A stretch of DNA of 64,000 bases from a virus. The notes beneath the pieces are model-generated. The model did not search any database, was not told the origin of the DNA, and saw only the letters and a list, made by a program, of their open reading frames with translations. Positions 58,284 to 64,000 of this stretch are shown here, in pieces. Numbering within the stretch: position 1 is the first letter of the stretch; each line of letters opens with the position of its first letter. The stretch lies in the IMG/VR virus record IMGVR_UViG_3300025015_000001; one strand, given 5' to 3'. A program made the position numbers and the translations under genes.

Positions 58284-58866
58284 TTTTCACCTTTGTAATT
58301 GTGATTGCATCTTCTAAGCTAAGATTTTTCATCTGAAATAATAACATACTTAAGTTATCATTGATATCTATTTCATAACTCCTTCCAAATTCATATAGCA
58401 TAAATTTATTATCTACTGTAGATTTACATGGAGGTAACATTTTCCATTCATCGCTTGCTAATTCATTTGTTTTAAATATTGTACATAGTTCTTTGTTACA
58501 ATTAGTCCACCCACATGGGGCAGAATCCAGCCTACTGGCTAGACTAGATATAGTTGTGTAACTCTGATGGGCTGTTGTAAAACCGGCTGGAGGCAGCTTT
58601 ACGCTTAGTTCCCGGCCCAATGCAAGTGTTATCTTCAGCAACGTCTCGGTGGTCAGATTAGGCGTCCCGTTCAGCAATTTGGAAATAAAAGCGCGAGATA
58701 CGCCCAGTTTGTCAGCCAGCTCCGCCCTGTCGATACCCTTTTCCTCCATCGCGTTGCATATCTGTTCGGTGATACCCAATACCAACTCTTCGTGCTTGAA
58801 ATCAAAGGAGTCTTCATATTTTGCTATTTTTTCTTTCATCCATTCTGCGGCAGTTTTATTTGTCAT
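58264..58866 (-). CDS. XRE/HigA-like HTH domain fused to an EL.LED-family C-terminus
   Basis: RAELADKLGVSRAFISKLLNG..NLT..TL; AGGAG before ATG 58866; NLSLEDAITIT. Confidence 0.8.
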   Translation of the reverse strand: MTNKTAAEWMKEKIAKYEDSFDFKHEELVLGITEQICNAMEEKGIDRAELADKLGVSRAFISKLLNGTPNLTTETLLKITLALGRELSVKLPPAGFTTAHQSYTTISSLASRLDSAPCGWTNCNKELCTIFKTNELASDEWKMLPPCKSTVDNKFMLYEFGRSYEIDINDNLSMLLFQMKNLSLEDAITITKVKNEMGNL

Positions 58867-58901
58867 TTCATTTCTCCTGATAGAAGGCAATTCTCAGTTC
58901 T

Positions 58902-59162
58902 TTAGCCCTCTCGATTTCTTTCTTCGGCAACTTCTGTGTCTCTATCTATACTAAATGGGTGGTTTGCTTTTAGTGCGGCATTAGCTTTGACTATTAATTG
59001 TTGATTAAATTCGTACCTAAAGTTTTGTAAACTACTAATGGCTGTATCGAGTATTTTAATATTCTCCATTACTAATACAAAAATCCTACTAGTAGAATCG
59101 TTTTTCACAGTTACTCTTGACACATGCATATCCTTATCAAAATTTCTAATCACATGTTCCAT
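58902..59162 (-). CDS. Hypothetical protein
   Basis: GAGG RBS. Confidence 0.6.
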   Translation of the reverse strand: MEHVIRNFDKDMHVSRVTVKNDSTSRIFVLVMENIKILDTAISSLQNFRYEFNQQLIVKANAALKANHPFSIDRDTEVAEERNREG

Positions 59163-59230
59163 ATGTTAACACCTCGGAAAGCACTTAGGACAATTTACAC
59201 TATAGCTGTCACAAACATTTAATACTACTT

Positions 59231-60589
59231 TCATACCGCCCTCCTCTTAAGCACAACTCCAAACGTAGGATAATCTAAGACTCCTTTTTGTGTTACTTCT
59301 TTACCTTCTCCTATAGGGGAGGGTACTTCTAGTACTTGATATTGTTTATATTTATCTTGTACACCGAAAGCCCAGTTAGTCACCTCTGTATCTGTAAACT
59401 CAAACTTATGATCTTTATGCCGCAGCCCAGTAATCCCGAAGATACTATTATATAACGTATTAGGTGTAGTTATAAGAACGTATTTAGGCTTATAATAACC
59501 AAATATATTATCTATACTTTTACTTAATTGAAATTCTTCCATATGCTCGATAACCTCTTGCAGCACAAAGCAATCTTTGTTTAATAATTTTTCATCTTTA
59601 TATAGTAAAGAACTAAACCATATGTTATCCTGTAGTTTTCTATTATGTCTCTTAGCATGTATTATTGACGTTGGATTACAATCTACTCCATATAATTCTA
59701 AATTTTTATTAGGACTTAGTCTTTCTAATAATCTTCCGCTCCCACAGCCACAATCAACCACTGAAGTTACGTTAAGATTTTTTATCTGTTCTTCTATCCA
59801 CCTCAGTCTGTGTTCTCCTAAGTTTACTTTTTCTTCTAAGTTTACTTTTTCTTCTAAGGAAGTTTCTGTTTCCTGGTTCTCTGTAGTATTGGCAAAGTAC
59901 TTTTCTACTAACTTCTTTTTATACCTCATAAATCTATTTAGTATCAATGTCTGTAGTGGATGCTTCTTCACCCAGCCCTGCCCATGTTTTTCAAACTGGT
60001 TTGATAACAGTTCAGCATCTGGATTGAAATGAATGTAGTTATCTACAGTAGGAATCAGTATCATCAGCTTACTAAACAAATCTGAGATGGTTCCTATAGA
60101 TTTATATTCTATAGAATATACTTTAAATTTATTCCGCAGATACTCTATATCTTCTGATAGCTGTGTAACCACCACACCAGTATAGCCACAACCAGTAAAT
60201 AACTGTTCTATTATATCTGTTGGTAACGACGTGGTAAAAGGTAATAATTTTATTTCAAAATTAAAAACTATATCTTTATATTCTATAATGTCTTCTGCAT
60301 AGCTGTTGTTAATTGCTGTATTGAATGAGATCTTCAATTCTTTTAAAAATAAGGAGGACAATGCATACTCCCGATCTGTTACGTAGCCGTCTATATCATA
60401 TGCATTAGATTCTTTCCATAGTTTGTATTCTGGAAACTTGCAAGATATTACTACTTCACATTCATCTTGTAAATATTTAGGAAAGAAACATGTAAGATTA
60501 TCTTTAGTAAATATTTTAGCTGGGTGCTTCATTAGTGCGTAAGATAACTTATCAGCATTTGTCCCTTTAGTTTTTATTGATAGAAACAT
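59231..60589 (-). CDS. hen1: Hen1 RNA 2'-O-methyltransferase (N-terminal ligase-activating domain plus MTase)
   Basis: LSYALMKHPAK and YVTDREYALSS (Hen1-N); DCGCGSG, EVIEH, TPN..YN, RHKDHKFEF. Confidence 0.92.
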   Translation of the reverse strand: MFLSIKTKGTNADKLSYALMKHPAKIFTKDNLTCFFPKYLQDECEVVISCKFPEYKLWKESNAYDIDGYVTDREYALSSLFLKELKISFNTAINNSYAEDIIEYKDIVFNFEIKLLPFTTSLPTDIIEQLFTGCGYTGVVVTQLSEDIEYLRNKFKVYSIEYKSIGTISDLFSKLMILIPTVDNYIHFNPDAELLSNQFEKHGQGWVKKHPLQTLILNRFMRYKKKLVEKYFANTTENQETETSLEEKVNLEEKVNLGEHRLRWIEEQIKNLNVTSVVDCGCGSGRLLERLSPNKNLELYGVDCNPTSIIHAKRHNRKLQDNIWFSSLLYKDEKLLNKDCFVLQEVIEHMEEFQLSKSIDNIFGYYKPKYVLITTPNTLYNSIFGITGLRHKDHKFEFTDTEVTNWAFGVQDKYKQYQVLEVPSPIGEGKEVTQKGVLDYPTFGVVLKRRAV

Positions 60590-60599
60590 TTCCCCCCCT

Positions 60600-60938
60600 T
60601 TAATTTATTTGTTCCCCCAATTTAGGCAGCCTTGTAGTATACAAAATCTCTATGGGGTCTGTATAATAAGGAACTTCAGTAGTAATAGAAACTATATAAA
60701 TTTGATCATTAGAATTGGCTATTGATATTGATGATATATATTTGGGGCTGGTCTGAATCAATATTTGTCTATGATGATGCACTCCTATTATTACACCAAG
60801 AAGTAGCAATGCACATATGAATTTTATTATCCCTTTCTTATAGTAATCATAGTCTACGATATTTACTATCCCAAACGTACACAGAACTACTATTCCAATT
60901 ACCACAAAAATTGTTATAGGTATTTCCATTTTAACCAC
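60600..60938 (-). CDS. Membrane protein
   Basis: Two hydrophobic segments; GGAGG RBS. Confidence 0.7.
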   Translation of the reverse strand: MVKMEIPITIFVVIGIVVLCTFGIVNIVDYDYYKKGIIKFICALLLLGVIIGVHHHRQILIQTSPKYISSISIANSNDQIYIVSITTEVPYYTDPIEILYTTRLPKLGEQIN

Positions 60939-61566
60939 CTCCTTTTAATAAATATTCAATATTTAATTTTTTACTTTTCTTGTGCCCAGATAGGATGCAG
61001 TATAAATAACTCATAGAGTAACCAGTTGCCTCTGAATATTCTTTAGGTGAAGCATATTGTTTTCCTGTAATTTTATCTATTAAAGGTTTATATGAGCCTT
61101 TAATTATTTTATCTCTATATTTTAACCAAAATTCTTTACCTAGTTTATGATTTTTGTTTCCTTTTAATTTTACTGAAATTTTAGAGATAGATTCTTTGCT
61201 ATGCTTTTTTCCATACATCGGGTGATTGCCACCCGTTAAGGCCTTAGAAATTTTTTGTTTAGCGTCTTCTCGGTGCTTATAACCAATCCTAGTAGCCCCA
61301 CCATCTCCACCACAGGTTATATTATAGACTGGTTTTAATTCTCTAATCAATCTAATCTCAGTATTATTTAGTTCCTCTACGGAAGAACATACTACTAATA
61401 TTTCTACTAAAAAATTTTCTTTTCCATATTTGGCTACGGCTGCTTTAAATTTAACACACCCACTACTGTTAGAGAAATGTCTTTGAATTCTGTGGGAAAG
61501 TTTTTTGGTAGTTTTACCTATATAAAAATCACCATTCACACAATTAACAATTTTATATACTATCAT
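60931..61566 (-). CDS. GIY-YIG homing endonuclease with NUMOD3 motifs
   Basis: IVYKI...FYIGKT; YNITCGGDG; HPMYGKKHSKES. Confidence 0.9.
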   Translation of the reverse strand: MIVYKIVNCVNGDFYIGKTTKKLSHRIQRHFSNSSGCVKFKAAVAKYGKENFLVEILVVCSSVEELNNTEIRLIRELKPVYNITCGGDGGATRIGYKHREDAKQKISKALTGGNHPMYGKKHSKESISKISVKLKGNKNHKLGKEFWLKYRDKIIKGSYKPLIDKITGKQYASPKEYSEATGYSMSYLYCILSGHKKSKKLNIEYLLKGGG

Positions 61567-62693
61567 ACATCTTCCCTAATACGCAAACCGATTGGGAATC
61601 TTGGTATGCCATAAGATGTGTAATCTTGAAATTGCACCGTAAGCAGCTTGTCTTTCCATAAGCTATGATTTTCAAAATACTCTTTTAACTTAGCAGTACC
61701 CCCCGACATCTTAGTTTTGAATATTTCATTTCCTATAGCACAAACAAAAGCCCCAACATGCCCTGCGAGCTTTCCTCTGCCCTCCTCTATCCCCACAATT
61801 TTAAATTCGGAGTCCTGCATTTCTTTCACCTTTATTAAGTCCGAAGAACGTTTGTTTACATAGAGGCCTTTAGCATTACGCAGCATTGCTCCTTCTTTTC
61901 CTTCTGCTTTAAATTTAGTGTAGAAGTCTGTTACTTGTTCCTCATTGTCTACTATAAATGTTTCTACTAATTTTAGATATTTAAATTTAGAAGTATTCTC
62001 AAAATGTTTAAGTAAACTTTTATATCTATTCTCAAATGTATCTTTATTAACTACGTCATAGACATGATAAGATATTTCTGTACAATCTTTATCCGGCTCT
62101 TCTTGCTTAACTAAATGAACTATGTGTTCAAAATTATTACTTAATTTATCGGAGTAGCCCTCACCGTCTAGTATAATATCTTCTTTAAAATTTCTTTCTA
62201 TCTCAGCAATGACATGTGGAAGTGAGAAAATCTGTTTCCTGGTGCGGCTCCACAGAGTAGCCTTACCATCCTTTAAAATACAGATAATTCTTAATCCATC
62301 AAGTTTGGGCTGAGAGAAGCATGGGTACTTAATTTTACTCCCTTGCTTCTCGAATGTAAAGGCTAGCATAGGAAGTACACCACCTTCTACTATGCTATCT
62401 ACTTTTCCACTAGTAGCTTCTTCTTCTGATTTTACATAACCACTTTTTAATTTTTTATTCCATGTTGCTTCTGCTTCTTTAATAGCCTGTTCATATGGTG
62501 TAGTCTCATTAGTTTTACCATTATTCTTTCCTACAGAAATAATATCAGTAGTTATCTGAGGCTTATCCGTCCTCAGTTGGCCATACTCTGTGATGATTTT
62601 ACCATAGTTACATATGAACTCTTCAACAGATATTTTCCAATATTGTATGGCATTAGTGGATGTGAGTTTAAAAAGTGTAGGAAATTTTTTCAT
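61563..62693 (-). CDS. ATP-dependent DNA ligase
   Basis: QPKLDGLR, LDGE, YHVYDV, EGAMLR, LIKVK, C-terminal OB fold (GIPRFP). Confidence 0.92.
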   Translation of the reverse strand: MKKFPTLFKLTSTNAIQYWKISVEEFICNYGKIITEYGQLRTDKPQITTDIISVGKNNGKTNETTPYEQAIKEAEATWNKKLKSGYVKSEEEATSGKVDSIVEGGVLPMLAFTFEKQGSKIKYPCFSQPKLDGLRIICILKDGKATLWSRTRKQIFSLPHVIAEIERNFKEDIILDGEGYSDKLSNNFEHIVHLVKQEEPDKDCTEISYHVYDVVNKDTFENRYKSLLKHFENTSKFKYLKLVETFIVDNEEQVTDFYTKFKAEGKEGAMLRNAKGLYVNKRSSDLIKVKEMQDSEFKIVGIEEGRGKLAGHVGAFVCAIGNEIFKTKMSGGTAKLKEYFENHSLWKDKLLTVQFQDYTSYGIPRFPIGLRIREDV

Positions 62694-62968
62694 ATTTTAT
62701 TCTCCTTTATAAATTTAGTCCACATTAATGTATCTTCTAATGTTAGTTCTTCACAATTCTCTATCATGTCTTGTAATGAATTATATAATCTGGGTTCTTT
62801 AGTTGGTTGTCTAGTTTCTACTCGGATCACCCCTTTATCAGATTTTTTCACCCTACACAGTAGTTTTATTTGTAAACTAGATTTGTTCTTGGTATCAATA
62901 TATTTGTTTGTAGCGCAGTATACTGCATGTGTACATCCTCTACAGATTGACACATAAGAGGGTATCAT
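62690..62968 (-). CDS. EL.LED motif family protein
   Basis: CRGC....YC; YNSLQDMIENCEELTLEDTLMWT. Confidence 0.7.
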   Translation of the reverse strand: MIPSYVSICRGCTHAVYCATNKYIDTKNKSSLQIKLLCRVKKSDKGVIRVETRQPTKEPRLYNSLQDMIENCEELTLEDTLMWTKFIKENKI

Positions 62969-63969
62969 TTCCCAAACCCCACACTACTAGCCTCTCCTGC
63001 TACACTAAAGTTATTTAATACTATGTTAACAGAATCTTCAAATACATCTAAAATTTCTTTTTGTCTTTTCTTAGATAATAACATAGAAGTCCTTTGTATT
63101 TCTTTGATATGTGATCCTGTTAGTTTTTTGTTATGACATAATTTTTTAAGATCATAATCTACAATATCACTACCAAAGAACATATCAATCATTTTATTTA
63201 TCTCATCATTAGTGGGTAATTTAAATTCATACTTTCTATTAAATCTACAAGGTCTATTTGCGATAGCAGAGTCTAAATGTTCAATATAATTGGTAGTGGC
63301 TATTACAATTATTGCATCATCTCTTTCATATAGTCCTGACATAAATTGTAGGAAATCAGCTAAGCCTCCACCATGATCCCGTACTACATCTCTGCTTTGC
63401 CCAAAGGAATCTATATCCTCAAATATTAATATACATGGTGCAAGGAAGTTATTTATAAATTCTGACAATGCTGTATAATATACTTGTGATATAACAAAAC
63501 AAGTAGAATATTTCTTTTCTAATGCTTTATTAATTATAGCTTGACATATTGCAGATTTACCCACACCAGGATTTCCATAAAATATTATTCCATTATTATC
63601 ATTTAGATTTTCTAAATGAAATATAGTATTATCATATATGTCCTCCTTAATTTTTTCATCCATTATTATATCATCAAATGTAGTTGACGGCGGATTTTTA
63701 AATATATAATTGACGCCATCACTACCATTAGTTATTTGAATATGTTTATTTCTTATTGGATTATTATACTTTATTTCATATTTTATTTTTTCTATAATCT
63801 CAGATATATCGTTGTTACTATTTATTGTAACTGTACCACAGTTGCTGTTAATGTCTATTACATACAATTTATTTTCATAATTAAATACCTGCTGACCGTG
63901 AACATTAATTATATCTTGCTTCTTATAGTCATATTCAAATTCCTGTGTAGCCTCTACATTGTAGGACAA
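62965..63969 (-). CDS. AAA+ ATPase
   Basis: GNPGVGKS, ILIFEDID, ATTN, NRPCRF. Confidence 0.9.
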   Translation of the reverse strand: MSYNVEATQEFEYDYKKQDIINVHGQQVFNYENKLYVIDINSNCGTVTINSNNDISEIIEKIKYEIKYNNPIRNKHIQITNGSDGVNYIFKNPPSTTFDDIIMDEKIKEDIYDNTIFHLENLNDNNGIIFYGNPGVGKSAICQAIINKALEKKYSTCFVISQVYYTALSEFINNFLAPCILIFEDIDSFGQSRDVVRDHGGGLADFLQFMSGLYERDDAIIVIATTNYIEHLDSAIANRPCRFNRKYEFKLPTNDEINKMIDMFFGSDIVDYDLKKLCHNKKLTGSHIKEIQRTSMLLSKKRQKEILDVFEDSVNIVLNNFSVAGEASSVGFGK

Positions 63970-64000
63970 TACTTCTCCAGCAATTGATTTAACATAGTTC

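Noticed and set aside
251-63987. Many 60-140 aa ORFs antisense to, or nested in, long genes (e.g. 251..463, 5359..5661, 28886..29311, 46797..47222, 59577..60032)
   Set aside because: Shadow frames of well-supported genes, with no RBS or recognisable motifs.
1-64000. CRISPR array, tRNA or rRNA genes
   Set aside because: No repeat-spacer periodicity or cloverleaf/T-loop signature seen by eye; tRNAscan-SE and a CRISPR finder would confirm.
1-64000. Stop-codon reassignment as in some large phages
   Set aside because: Genes are full length under the standard code, and TAA, TAG and TGA all end genes at sensible boundaries.

Overview
AT-rich segment of a large contractile-tailed (myovirus-like) phage genome, standard genetic code. 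No terminase, portal or capsid gene was recognised in this window. 1-52022 is almost all + strand. It runs: accessory virion/adhesin-like genes (NHL, G8-like, repeat proteins); a probable neck adaptor; a Zn-finger/NUMOD3/TnsA-like endonuclease; a ~10 kb glycan-modification island (intein-split GT4-GT9 fusion, two methyltransferases, three GT2, three radical SAM, an epimerase relic); then ChaB-like, neck/tail completion, sheath, tube, tail chaperone with a -1 frameshift, tape measure, baseplate, fibres and Delta-60 propellers; and finally a phosphoesterase/TPR/ClpP block. 52019-63969 is a - strand nucleic-acid repair block: AAA ATPase, DNA ligase, GIY-YIG, Hen1, Pnkp split into two genes, an Rnl2-type RNA ligase, a deaminase, an HNH protein and many small ORFs. 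Best leads: (1) a phage Hen1/Pnkp RNA-repair system with Pnkp split at the phosphatase-ligase linker; (2) FN3 domains whose first strand appears to be encoded at the C-terminus of other virion proteins (possible donor-strand assembly); (3) at least 7 small ORFs sharing a C-terminal EL.LED.I..T motif; (4) the glycosylation island with an intein in a glycosyltransferase. All family calls are motif recognition by eye; no searches were run.
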